Program-made: the position numbers and the translations under genes
The notes under the pieces: model-generated
What the model saw: the letters and a program-made list of their open reading frames with translations, nothing else
Databases searched by the model: none
What the model was told of the DNA's origin: nothing
In this document: positions 50,366 to 63,466 of the stretch, one piece after another
Layout: every line of letters begins with the position of its first letter
Numbering within the stretch: position 1 is the stretch's first letter
Source: Lingula anatina
Taxonomy: Eukaryota > Animalia > Brachiopoda
Direction: 5' to 3'
Length of the DNA stretch: 64,000 nucleotides
Assembly: GCA_051362555.1 (NCBI GenBank)
Contig: CM120647.1
Coordinates: 186,001-250,000, forward strand

Positions 50366-52007
50366 ATGTTAAATGTCAATATCAGACACTTGAAGAAATG
50401 TTTCGTCATGCGCTACTACCTTTGTAATGGAGTAAACCAAGTCATGTGTCACGTTGACAGCTCACTAGAACAATACGTTTGTTTTGTTACAGATTGGTTT
50501 TGTGTTTGTTTTTATTTACTCGTGTAGTGGAGAGAGTTGTTAAGGGAAAGAGGTGTTAGCTGGGATATACACGGTGAAGTCTGGTGTGTTTATAAAAGAC
50601 GTGGTTGAAGAAAGTCGTTAGCTAAAACCCCTACGCCCCCCCCTACGTCATTATTAGTCTGAGAAAATTTCAACAAAGCTGTTAGAATCACATCATAGCG
50701 TTGCTAGCTCAAATTGTGACCTGCGATTGTGGTATGGGTTCTTCAGCTTTCAGTGTGTTTTTATCGCTGTATATAAACTGTGCTCTCTGACTGTGTTATG
50801 TGATTGTGTTTTGAGTACATCGTCTTCCAATGTTTTAGCACTGTAGAAGTCCTAAGCTAGCTCTGACATGGATGTCTGTAATCAGCTGATCCAGTGACCC
50901 AGAGGTCACCGAGTACAACCTGGCATCAGACAAGTAATTGTTTTATATTTATAAATAAGCAGCCTTTTCTCGGTGAAGGAAAACGCTGCCACATTTACCT
51001 AAAACGTCATTTTTATTGTAAATTAAAAGGTCAGGCTAACATTGAAGAAATAAATACACACGACGGGTAAACATAGGCATACGCGTTACCTGTAAATGTG
51101 TCGATAAACATGTTCAGGACGCGCAGTATGTCACCCTATCCCCTAAACACAGTAGAACAGGTAACAATCATTGTACAAAGGCGTCCTTTATATTTACACA
51201 TAATGCTGAGTTAAAAGCGCAATTAAAATAACACCGCAAAATAATAATACTAATAATAAAGTCAGATGACTCATTTCAGCGGGTGCTGTGAAGGAGTTTT
51301 TGAGAGATCAAAACAAGCTCCACATAATAGACCATTACCCCAGTTTGTTCTTAAATACATCTACAGCGTTACCAGCCAGACTTGACAAGTTATGAAGAAT
51401 AAATTACAGTCAACAATCTGTGACTATTGATCACATATATATTTACTGAAGCTTAACTTACGTGGTATCAGCTGGCACATGGCGCTGTGTGACGTCAGTT
51501 TGTATGTATACCTTACTGTGAAAATCTCAAATCCATTATTTATGTGGTGATATCTGCTTAAATTGACTGTTTAACAAGAAATGTCTGGCTAACATTCAGT
51601 ACCTCGTGGAATAACATACAGGGGGCAGTGCACCGTCTTCATGAACTCTGTACCTGTATGTGTTTTAACATATTGGTGTTAAAATATCATCAGCATTTAA
51701 TTTCCTCCGCCATTTCTGCCGCCCGGATAACTGGGTGTCTGGTGGTGTTCATCAACTGCTCTCATCTCACTGCCGCCCGTCCTGAGGTGGAGATTTCTCA
51801 AGTGTTGTTTTCCACCCATCCATCCATCCATCCATCCGTCCGTCCGTCCATGTGAATACTGCCCGCGGTGTTAACAAGTACCGCGTTCTGTCTTAACTAC
51901 TCGTGCACTTTACTTCACATCATCAGACCATGGAGATAGCTATGACACAGTCTGACCGGTTACCCGGTGTCTGCTAGGATATAAGCCGTTAACCCCGGGG
52001 AAGGTTG

Positions 52008-52497
52008 AGACGGTCAAGCCAGTTGACCACGGGTAAGGTTTAGAGGGTCAAGCCAGTTGACCACGGGTAATGTTTAGACGGTCAAGCCAGTTGACCACGG
52101 GTAAGGTTTAGACGGTCAAGCCAGTTGACCACGGGTAATGTTAAGACGGTCAAGCCAGTTGACCACGGGTAAGGTTTAGACGGTCAAGCCAGTTGACCAC
52201 GGGTAATGTTAAGACGGTCAAGCCAGTTGACCACGGGTAATGTTTAGACGGTCAAGCCAGTTGACCACGGGTAATGTTAAGACGGTCAAGCCAGTTGACC
52301 ACGGGTAATGTTTAGACGGTCAAGCCAGTTGACCACGGGTAATGTTTAGACGGTCAAGCCAGTTGACCACGGGTAAGGTTTAGACGGTCAAGCCAGTTGA
52401 CCACGGGTAATGTTTAGACGGTCAAGCCAGTTGACCACGGGTAAGGTTTAGACGGTCAAGCCAGTTGACCACGGGTAATGTTTAGACGGTCAAACCA
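52008..52497. repeat. 34-bp minisatellite with an internal palindrome, ~14 copies
   Basis: Unit GACGGTCAAGCCAGTTGACCACGGGTAA(T/G)GTTTA. Confidence 0.97.
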
Positions 52498-54093
52498 GTA
52501 AACCCCACTAATAGCCGTGGAGGTGCACCAGGCGTTTTGAACAGATGTTCACCATTGAGAAATACACAGAAAATGCATGTGGTCAGTCTACCACTAGCCG
52601 CAGGGGTGCATTGTTTCAAGCATTTTCTTAATTACAACAAAAGAGTCCAGAGATCTTTCGAGCATTGGTACCCAGAATATCAGCCATTGACTGGCGCGGT
52701 GGCTATTAAAACCCTCGCCGCAAGACTTGTTTTGTCTTTTATGTCAAGAAGAGCAAAGTATTTACAAAGCCTCGTTATCGGACATACGCCGTGCAAATAC
52801 TCAGGTATGTGCCCGCATGAATGAGAGGCTCTGTAGAGGTCATGTTTACTCGACCACAGTGAAGACAAGAAGCTGGCTCAGTACACGGAGTAGATATCAT
52901 GTGGCAGACACACAGCTGTTGCAGGACAATACGAGGAAAACTCATCTGGTAGAAATAGGAGGAAAATAGCCTTGATTACATTCAGAAAAGCCTCGGAGGT
53001 TTAGGGCGCAGAATCTGTCTTAATCTGTTTGCTTCACGCGAGGGCATAGTCATACAGTAACGTTGCTGAAATTTCCCTCTGGATTTTGATTTAACGTACA
53101 CTAGGATTCAATTTCATTGTACTCGGTATCAATGCACTGAGGTAGCTATAATATCTATACAGATTCTATGAACTCACACAACAGACGTGAAGTACGGAGA
53201 TCGTTTTCCAATTACGACAAACGTGAATAATTTGACCTTTCAGGGGTTTCAGTTTGGTGTTTTTCCGTTTTTCTTCTGTTAAAGAATTGGCTCCCCACAG
53301 GGAGACATTTAGGATCATTTAGGCGCGTTCTATCTGCAGTTAAAGATTTCTTGGTGAACTTGTGAGGGCAGTGTGCGGAACACGAGTGCTGTCTTTGTAA
53401 GCAGGGCCGGGCAGGATTAAGACGCGTACCTTGGGTTAATGTTGTGACGCTATTGTGATATTTCACACAGGTGTAGCAGACCGCTCACTGTTACCATTCA
53501 GTTGAAAGACTTCAGCAACAAATGCGCGTAGTGCCCTACTGGCCGTATACAGACTTAAGAGTTACACAAGAGACGCTAGTCAGACTGACAGTGGACACTA
53601 CCGGACAATACCGGACAACAGAGAGAACACAGCAGTGCATACACACAGCCCTGTAGACATCTTAACTCGGTCAGCTCTGAGAGTATACATATTCAACATC
53701 ACATGAATATAACCCGTATGTGGTTGTTAACCTTGGAAAACCACAATATTAGCAGCAGTAGGTGGTACTCTCACAGTGGTCTCTAGCTTACACTTCAGAC
53801 AGCCAGTTCCGGCCAGTTGAACACGTGTTCTCAACCTAACACATAGTGGTGTATGTGCTGTGTATTGTGGTACAAACTTTGAACACCAGATATTTCACCA
53901 GTCCTTGGCCCCCAGATATCTGACAGGACAGGACAGGGATCTCCTTTAACTCTACGACAGACTACGCGTTAACAATCCTGGGGAGAACAGCGTGTGTGGT
54001 TCTCTAGATGTTACCAGCGTCTTCATAGACCCCCCTCCTTCCCCAACCCACCCCCCTCAGAAAACTGCTGAACCCTGTGGTCTCAGTGTTATA

Positions 54094-54395
54094 ATGTGGT
54101 CCCGGGAGGGGAGTTTCTCACGGTGGATGTCACCCTCCGGGTCCCAGACCTCCCTCCCCTACTACGCCCGGCCCCCCTGGGATCCCGCCACGCTCTCCAG
54201 GAACAACTCGGCGTCCACGTTCTCGTGCGGCGGCTCAGACCCGACGCTGGCCAGTAGCGTGGAGGGGGCGACCACAGGGAATAGGTCCAGGAAGAGCACG
54301 CTGCTGTCTCCAGCCAGGAGTATCTTGAAGACGGTGAGGAGACTGAGTGGCCGGAGTGGAGGTGGCGGCGTCACGTCACGGGGTAAAGCTACACA
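54094..54395 (+). CDS. Probable first coding exon of a downstream gene (MWSREGSFSRWMSPSGSQTSLPYYARPPW...RRLSGRSGGGGVTSRGKAT), product unknown
   Basis: GC-rich island of 100 open codons from ATAATGT ending at a strong donor CA|GTGAGT (phase 2). Ser/Arg-rich, disordered-looking N-terminus. No downstream exon was identified in the window. Confidence 0.62.
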
Positions 54396-55893
54396 GTGAG
54401 TATGCTGAGAGAGAGAGAGAGAGAGAGAGTAGGAGGGAAAGAGAAAATGAGAGTGGGGAGAAAGAGGAGGAGAGAGAATGAGGGAGGGGGGAGGGGAGAG
54501 AGAGAGAGAAACTGTTATTGGTTATGGTAATAGTATGATTTAAATGAACAGCGTGCCTTTCTTCGATGTATTTCCACTCCCTGCATACTCGTAGGATAAG
54601 AGTGTTTATATAAATATATGCTATGAATGAACGTTCACGGTGAACTGCTTAGATACATCTCCCGGTGCAAACAGCGTAAGTAATCGTCCATTTACCTCGT
54701 CCATCAACCTCATTTTATGTAGTTATCTGTAAAGTGAGTGGAATTCAGGACCAAAGCTGTCAGGTGTATTGTGGCGTGCAGTGCCTGTCAGGTAGAAAAT
54801 GAAGCTGAAATTGGATTAGAAAGTGATAAAGATCTGTCGCTGATCCCCGACGCCAGGTGTGACTTTATGATGGTCGCGTTCAGAACGGGGTTTTAAACAT
54901 GTTTTCAATCTTACGTGGTCAACTACAGTACAACCCCCTCCGAGCCCTGCTCTGTAGTTGCTCAGTCACCGCGCCAAACTCTTTTCAAAACTAACCCGTG
55001 TGAAGCCCGGGATGTCGGGAGGTGTCGGGGGGGAGGGGGGTAGGGGGGAGGGGGTCAACAGCAGTAGCGTCTATACACTGGCTGTAGTTAAGACTAAAGC
55101 CACCTGTGTTCAAACCGCCCTGAGTGCGGACTTACCGAGTTAGCACATGACGTGACAGCCGGCCTTAGCAGCGATGCGTGCACTTCTTTGTTAACAAGAG
55201 AAAAAAAAACAGACAACGAAAAACCATTAAATATGAATAAGAACAAAATCATATGACTGAAATAAATTTTAACGCGCAAATGTTTAATATGAAATGTTGC
55301 TTTGCCTTTGAACAAATACGCAGTAGCAAAACAAAAATATGGAGATACATTTTCCTTACATATATGCCTCGTACGAAGCACTTATGCAAGTCATACATTA
55401 CAATGTAGGTAAAGTAGGGACTTCTAGAGGAGATTTATATATAGCGTGTAGAAACCATCTGTAGACAGAATATTGTAAACACCTACGTGTACCACTTCCC
55501 AGTGAGGTTATAAATGGACGAATTTCTCACAAATAATTGTGATGTGCCAGATTGTTTTTAAACAATTAAAATATGAATTCCTTGCTGCTTGATACTTGTA
55601 TTTTCTTCAGTAACAAACCAGATTTAACAAGAAAAAAGAAAGGATGAAAGTCTAAGTAACCCTTGGGGCTTTTATGTGAGCTGTATATCGAAAGAGAAAC
55701 AAACTATAAACCCTCAATGGTCAATATCACGACTCAGAACCAGGTTAACACGAGAACGCCTGTGTGAAGGAAGTATAGGGAAGAAGAAACCTGTGATATT
55801 AGTGTGCTGTGTGTTCCTTACCAGGAGTAATTTTTTCCATACTCACCTCGTGAATGGCTGCATTGGAGTGCTGCTGAAACTCTCCGTTTAAGC

Positions 55894-55895
55894 AA

Positions 55896-55930
<35 letters not shown>
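55894..55930. repeat. (AAAT)n microsatellite
   Basis: Directly visible. Confidence 0.93.
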
Positions 55931-55931
<1 letters not shown>

Positions 55932-56524
55932 CAATTAATCAATTTATATATTTATTTAGTAATAGAAATAAAAGATAAAAACAGCACAATACCGCTGAAA
56001 TAGTGCAGGAAATCGAATGGAAGGCCACGAAGACTCGAGGAACGCGGGACATCCTGCTTTAACCCCCCTTACCTGCCCGTACTGTACGCATTTGTAATGT
56101 TTGTTCTAAAACAAGTTTTATCTGATCCCATTGTCATCTTCAAACACAAATTTTATTTGATACCTATCTCATCTTCTCTGTGACAAGGCATAAGACAGTA
56201 CATCACAGACGCCGTGGTTAAACAGGTCGCGACCTTAACAGGGCGACGCCGCATCCTCCGCCTCCGCGGAAAGAAATAAACAGCATTTTTTACTAATGAC
56301 GAAGGTTAACAACTCGCAGAACAAGCCTGTGCGCTGCGCTTTGCTGACAAAAATAACCCATGAGCATTCTAGCCGTGTTCGTAGTGAAGAAGATGAACTG
56401 GGAACCTTTACAGAAGGAGTTTGTAGATGAACTTCACATTTTTCTGCTTCCCGTCTGGAGTTGTCTGCCGCTGTTCTAGATACTGGTCCCTTCACTGGAC
56501 GAGGACGACATCTAGTGTCTCTTC

Positions 56525-56571
<47 letters not shown>

Positions 56572-56708
56572 TTCAGCAGTCTACCGAGGATTTTAACGTT
56601 CTGTGTACGATATTTACATGGACCTGGAGTTTTACTGCTGGACTGTATTGCTGTAATAAATAACGTGAGGTGTATACTGTATTCTGATCTCTACCTGCGA
56701 AAACCGTC

Positions 56709-56776
56709 ATGTCATTACTGCTAAGACGCGAGAATGTCCGACGAAAAGCTGGACATAAACTTCGGGAAATCATAAG
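56709..56776 (+). CDS. Candidate alternative first exon of the downstream gene (MSLLLRRENVRRKAGHKLREII)
   Basis: GTCATGT start, 22 codons plus 2 nt, donor AAG|GTTAGT. Same phase 2 as the exon at 54094. Inference only. Confidence 0.3.
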
Positions 56777-59197
56777 GTTAGTTGGTTGACAGAGTTGTTT
56801 AGTCATATTCGATTATTTTAATCAGTTTAAAAATAACCATTCAGCTCGTTTGGACCATGGGTGGCTCGTGATATGACAGTAAATGGTGGATAAAATGGTA
56901 AACATTTCTTCTACTCTATTATTCCAAGCTTATGAAAATGGTAACGCCTTACCACCATTATATGATTTCTAGTAGCGGGCTGTGTATGGACGCCGAATTA
57001 ACGACTTCATGGTGCGATCATAAAAATGCCTGCTAGGTATACCTACTGAATTTTATGATTTTTTATACATATTGTATGGGCGAAGGTTTATGGTCTTGGT
57101 AGTTCTCTGGTTGACACTTTCTAAAAAATCATATTCATTTTTTACCAAGCAAACTGTATTTGAAAGAATAAACTGAGTCTGGTCCGGATTTAACACACTG
57201 TCTGACAGAGCTCTGTTACAAATATGCATATATCATAGAGCTTTTGAACAGCTAGCAGACTTCAGATACACAGTAGATCTAACAATATTACGAGAAAGAA
57301 GAGATAGATTGATATGGCACGCACTCAGCAAGCGCATCTAAACCTCCCTTTTGAGTAGAGAATAGACTAAACTATTTTGGAACAGCTAGAAGATCTAGCT
57401 AGAAGATAGAAGGCAGAAGGTAGAACAGTAAGAAGGTAGAAAGTGCATTTAGCATATTACGAGAAGTGAGAGATAGATTAATATGCCATACACGTTCGTT
57501 CTCACAGTGCTAGCACATCCAAACCTGCCTTCTAGGGAGGAAATGGATTGAATTATTTTTAGTTTGTAAACGTCGGACTTGAGGCCAAGTTTCTGTCACC
57601 GTGATATATATATACATATATGTTTGTTGTCTTTAAATCATTTTAATGGCGTAAGCGGACACGATGTAAATGTTAATGCCGCTCATGCAAATGTTTACGG
57701 GCTAAGGTCCAATATATGTCGGATTCCAGTTAAGGGTGATGTATCTGTCTATATGAACATCAGCATAGTTATCCAACTAAAATACATCTACTGAGAGGGA
57801 AGATGCGGACAAATTAGTCACGTGATTATTCTACTTAAATATTAAAAGGAAACATCTGAATCCGGAAAAGAGCAGAACACCAACTTGGAACCACTCAAAA
57901 AGTCGTTGCATTTATTTTGTCACCTCTATATAAATGTTACCCTCCCACTGTCGCCTTTAGACTTTAGTCGGCGCTCAGTACGTACAGACCTTGGAAGCCT
58001 CGTCAGTTGACAGCATGTTTTACTGATCGGTTAAGTGCTATTAGTTTATATTGGTTTACCGAGAATTGAAGTAAATATATTTAGATAAGCCTTATATACG
58101 CGCCATAATAAATGCAGCTGATTATATTGACTAAATGTACATTTTGTTGATGTACAAAACACTTAAAGTCAACTTAATTTTCAATCGGTGTAGATAAAGC
58201 AATAAAGAATAAGCTCTATTGAGCTGCTGGGTCCACTTCTACCCAAACAACTCGATTTATTATATAAAGAGATCAAGAGAAAGCAATGACTATGGCAAAG
58301 TGGATTAAAGAAATATTTATTTAATAAAAAGGAAACGAATAAAAGATTAAGGATGGATTAAGTAAATGAAATCATTGGGTGAGAAAGATTGACAGTATAG
58401 TTCGACTGACAAGTGAAATGTAAATATATAATGTGATTACGATATTTTATTTAAAAACGGTATACATCTCAAGTCAATATGTACTCATGTTAGAACAAAT
58501 GCAGCTCTCGGTGTCAGCATGATAAATGATACATGGAGATATAAAGTTGAAATCAAGAAAATGACAAAAACCAACACTTAATTAGGACGCCAAAATACTT
58601 GAAAAGGTACGTGCGTTGATCATAGTGATGACTTATTTCATAATAAGAGGCGTAGATGTGAAGAGTGAACACTCTGCGCACACAATGTACGCGGTATGTG
58701 AGCCGCATGTTAAGTACACTAGGAGTGGAGACACACATCAGGCAGGAAGTTAACTCACTACACACACATTATGACCACCTGGTATAAATTGACGTACATT
58801 TAGTCTGGAGTTTGGCGACTGTTCTCGCGGTTTAAGGTGCTTTGTGCGTCCACTCCAGAACTGTACATATGTTTGATAGCGGCAGACATGATGGGGATGT
58901 TGTCGATGACGTCAGAGACGGATTTCACCGCGTGCAGGGTGATGGCATCCGGTTAAAGGTGGTCCGGTGGTTGAAGTACGTATTTGGTTGCAGCCAGGTG
59001 TACATGTAGTAATTGCAAATAAGAATAGTATAGTGGTCAGAAAGATTTGCGAAGACATTGAAGAGAGGGCCGAGACAGGAGAGAATGTCACTAGTGTCCA
59101 TTACCCCTATTCTATCAGAAAGAGATATTTTGATCCCCCCCCCCCCAACCCCACCCCCCATCCCCCGTCTTTGTGGTTGATGAAGTGTTACTCCCTA

Positions 59198-59692
59198 ATG
59201 TCCTTGGAATACTCTGGTGTCAGGAGGTCAGCAGGGGGACAGTGGAGTGTCCGTGGAATACTCTGGTGTTAGGAGGTCAGCAGGGTGACAGTGAAGTGTC
59301 CGTGGTATACTCTGGTGTTAGGAGGTCAGCAGGGTGACAGTGAAGTGTCCGTGGTATACTCTGGTGTCAGGAGGTCAGCAGGGGGACAGTGGAGTGTCCG
59401 TGGAATACTCTGGTGTTAGGAGGTCAGCAGGGTGACAGTGGAGTGTCCGTGGTATACTCTGGTGTCAGGAGGTCAGAAAAGAGACAGTGGAGTGTCCGTG
59501 GTATACTCTGGTGTCAGGAGGTCAGAAAAGAGACAGTGGAGTGTCCGTGGTATACTCTGGTGTCAGGAGGTCAGAAAAGAGACAGTGGAGTGTCCGTGGT
59601 ATACTCTGGTGTCAGGAGGTCAGAAAAGAGACAGTGGAGTGTCCGTGGTATACTCTGGTGTCAGGAGGTCAGAAAAGAGACAGTGGAGTGTC
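59198..59692. repeat. 49-bp minisatellite, ~10 copies, two subtypes in blocks
   Basis: GTGGTATACTCTGGTGTCAGGAGGTCAG(CAGGGT/AAAAGA)GACAGTGGAGTGTCC. Confidence 0.96.
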
Positions 59693-60101
59693 TGATTACG
59701 TGTAACCGTGTCACCCAACCTTCACCAGAACAATGCTCAAACTGGGAGATTGCCAAGGTCAAAAAATAAACTAATATATAGCGTCTGGTGCGTTTGACGT
59801 GGGGGTGAGTCAGTGTAGAGGTGTACAAGGAAAACTGTGGCACAGTGGTGATCTCTTCCCAGTCATGGTGGTATACAAGAGGACACTGAGAGAGTAGGTG
59901 ATAACATCTTCATGTCTGCTTTGTGATAGAAGACTGTTGCTTCAATATGTTGAGTACATTTACTGGTCTAACTTGAGGTAAGGTGTGCGCGTTTAGTTCA
60001 GACACCTTCAAAGTGACCGCAGCGCTTTAATGTCAGTAGATAGCTAAACGGTAAGTGATATTAGCATCGGATGATGTTACATGTATACATGTCCGATAAC
60101 G

Positions 60102-60670
60102 ACCCCTCCCCCTCCCACCGTCCCCTCCCACCCTCCCCTCCCACCCCGTCCCCTCCCACCGTCCCCTCTCACCCCCCTCCCACCGTCCCCTCTCACCTCA
60201 CCCCCTCCCACCATCCCCTCTCACCCCACCCCCTTCCACCGTCCCCTCCCACCCTCCCCTCCCACCCCGTCCCCTCTCACCTCCCTTCCACCGTCCCTTC
60301 TCACCCCACCCCCTTCCACCGTCCCCTCTCACCCCCATCCCACCGTCCCCTCTCACCCCACCCCCTTCCACCGTCCCCTCTCACCCCACCCCCTCCCACC
60401 GTCCCCTCTCACCCCACCCCCTCCCACCGTCCCCTCTCACCCCACCCCCTCCCACCGTCCCCTCTCACCCCACCCCCTCCCACCGTCCCCTCTCACCCCA
60501 CCCCCTCCCACCGTCCCCTCTCACCCCACCCCCTCCCACCGTCCCCTCTCACCCCACCCCCTCCCACCGTCCCCTCTCACCCCACCCCCTCCCACCGTCC
60601 CCTCTCACCCCACCCCCTCCCACCGTCCCCTCTCACCCCACCCCCTCCCACCGTCCCCTCTCACCCCACC
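60102..60670. repeat. 28-bp C-rich minisatellite (CCCACCGTCCCCTCTCACCCCACCCCCT), ~20 copies
   Basis: Directly visible. Explains the Pro-rich ORFs at 60071 and 60081. Confidence 0.96.
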
Positions 60671-60743
60671 GGTCGAAGACGCCGTAGACTGATGTCTTCT
60701 GTTTTTTTCTATCAGTAGGAACATCCTTCTGCTCGAAGTTTAA

Positions 60744-61330
60744 TTTTTATGTACAGACACAGATGTGTCTGTACATATTGCCATCACCTGCGTCTGTCGT
60801 CGCCGTCGCCGTCGCCGATGCCGATGCCGATGCCGATGCCGTCGCCGGCGCCGTGCACTTTCCTTGTAAACACGATAAGTGGAAGGCAGTTTTACTTTTT
60901 GGCTTTATATTTACAGAGCTGATGAATATTCATAAAAAGCAGGTCAAGTTCGAAAATCAGCATGATCGGGCCATTATTGTAGAAGTTATGCTGTTTTTTC
61001 ACTTTTCAGCATATATGCAACCTTGTAAAGACATTTTAAGGAAAACCGTTAGGCCTGTTGTCATGAAACTCACAGGGGTAATCAATCTTACTAAAACGCA
61101 GGTCAAATTCGAGAATCAGCATGATCGGGCCACTATTTTAGTAGTTATGCGGTTTTTTCATTGTTCAGCATATATGCAACACTGTAAACACAATATAAGA
61201 AAAACAGAAAGCCCAATTGTCATTAAACTCACAGGAATGGTCAGTCTTACTAAAACGCAGGTTGAGTTCGAAAATCAGCATAATCGGGGCATTATTTTAG
61301 AAGTTATGCTGTTTTTTCACATTTCCTCAG
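60744..61330 (+). mobile_element. 5' part of a Helentron-associated non-autonomous element with ~158-bp core repeats
   Basis: T-run, 14-bp perfect hairpin TATGTACAGACACA-GA-TGTGTCTGTACATA (60748-60777), (GTCGCC/GATGCC)n microsatellite, then three cores containing GCAGGTCAAGTTCGAAAATCAGCATGATCGGGCCATTATT (~60939, ~61098, ~61257). Layout matches HINE-type elements of invertebrates. Confidence 0.75.
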
Positions 61331-63166
61331 ATTTCCTCAGATTTAATTCTTAGGCATGTTAATAGCCTTATTATTTAAGTAATAAGATATGTAAAAGTGT
61401 TTGTTTGACATTTCCTGCATCTTTACAACATTGTTAGTTGATTATGTAAAAATGATGGTAAACTTGTTATCATGTATTGTGTAATCAAGTGTCAAAAACG
61501 GAAATAAACTCATATCATTGCAGTTTGTCAGATTCAATCATCCACTATGTTCAGAATCTCAGAATGGAGGAAATTGGACATTTAACACTGTTCTATTGAT
61601 ACTTTTCTCATCTCATCAATTTTCTTAGTTGGTCATAAAAAAATGGCAGTAAAATGTTTATTTTGTTTTATGTTAAAAAAGTGTTAAAAACGGAAATAAA
61701 CCTATTTCAGAACAGTGCTGTCTTGTTTACATTTTGGCATTTTCAAGATGTGACTTTGAAGTTCCATGGGCCTGAAGACCTTTGCTAGTCACATTTTCTG
61801 AATATCTGTGATACTAATATTTTATAATTAAAAATTAATGGTCATTATGCTGTTAAACATTATGTAATATTGCATCAAAATTTGAAGAAACCCCTATTTT
61901 GGGCACTGCTCCTATGATGACCATTTAAGGGAAATCATGTCACTTACTGTTCTCAAACTTACAGGAAAGAAACATGGGTCTAACATACAGCTTCAGTAGG
62001 CAATGCAGTCTGTTTGGTAAATTTTTCTGGCAATTTAACAGTTTTTTGTGAAAATTTAATTTTTCACTTATTGGCATTTTCAAGGTGCGACTTAGAACCT
62101 CCACGGGCTTGAAGACCCATGCTAGTCACATTTTCTGAAAATCCATGACACATATATTTTAATATTAAAAATTGATGTATTATGCTGTTAAGCATTATGT
62201 AATGTTGCATCAAAATAGACGAAAACACAATTTTTGGTGCTTCTGCCATGATGACCATTATGGGAAAACCGTGTTACTTATGATTGTCAAACTTTCAAAA
62301 AAGAAACACAGGATTAAAATGCAGCCCGAGTTGGAAAAGCAGTCTTATTGGCTTCTTTTTCTGGAAGTTATACATTTTAGTGAAATATTCATTATCTTTT
62401 TGGCATATTCATTGTGGGACTCGGAGCTCCCATGGACATGAAGCCGGATGGTAATCACATTTTCTACATGTTCATGCTATTTATAGTCAATAATCAAAAA
62501 TTGGTGATAATTATTCTATAATTTATTATGTAATGTTACATCAAAATTGACAATAATCTTTTTGCACTGCTACTGCAAACATTATGAAAAGAAAACTGTG
62601 TTATTTATTATTATATTTAACTTATGAGTATGATTTTTAGGATTGGCATGCAGTTCAAATTAGAAAGCCAGGTCAATTGGGTCATCATTTATTATTGAAT
62701 TTTATGCAATTTTGTGTGAAATTTCATTTTTCTCATTCTGGCACTTTCTAAGTATAAACTTGAACTCTGATGGGCCTGAAGCCTTATGCTTTTACTTTCG
62801 TTGGTGTTACCTGTTGTGCAAAATTAAAATTTGATGTTGACTGTGCAGTTAAACATAATGTATTATTGCATCAGAATTGGTAGTCTCCTATTTTGTGCAT
62901 TATTGTTTTGTGTTTTTCTTAAGTTGTGACTTATGGGCCGGAAAGACCTTTGAGAGGGTCAGTCTGTAAATTTCCCTTGGGTATCACTTAGCTTATTTCA
63001 GTGTTGTAAAGTAATTTGCCTAATTAATCGGCCATTAAATGAGATTACATAAAGCACACTTGTTGATATTTCCCTGTAAACTCCCATAGGTTAAGCTCTC
63101 TGCTAGATTAATAATAAGGAAGCAGTGATAATTATGCAGGTGAATTTTGTTTAATATTGCAAATAA

Positions 63167-63174
<8 letters not shown>

Positions 63175-63237
<63 letters not shown>
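63175..63237. repeat. (TA)n microsatellite
   Basis: Directly visible. Confidence 0.96.
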
Positions 63238-63239
<2 letters not shown>

Positions 63240-63285
63240 AACTCAAAGATTAAAAGTTTGAATAGCAGCTTCATTGGAATTATAT

Positions 63286-63466
63286 TTACCTCTGCCAAGG
63301 AGGTTATATTTTCAACCGTTTGTCATCAACATAACTTAAAGTTATGGACCGATTTTGCTGAAATTTTCAGGAACTGTCGGAAGTGGGCCAAAGAGGACAA
63401 TAATCAATGATAATCAACAATTGCTACCTTGGCAGAGGTCTGCACTCTCGGAGCACTTTTCTAGTT
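63286..63466 (+). mobile_element. HINE/DINE-1-like element, copy 2 (short form of 9127-9497)
   Basis: TTACCTCTGCCAAGGAGGTT...CATCAACATAACT..AAGTTATGGACCGATTTTG.TGAAATTTTCAGGAACTGTC.GAAGTGGGCCAA...CCTTGGCAGAGGTCTGC...TTTTCTAGTT. Confidence 0.85.

Noticed and set aside
52008-52497. CRISPR array (34-bp palindromic repeats)
   Set aside because: Units are head-to-tail with no spacers.
60071-60718. Extensin-like Pro-rich ORFs
   Set aside because: The 28-bp C-rich repeat is not a multiple of 3 and is stop-free in several frames because of its composition.
60763-61353. 196-aa ORF with three 53-aa repeats
   Set aside because: Coincides with the microsatellite and core repeats of a non-autonomous element, with no Rep/helicase or transposase motifs.
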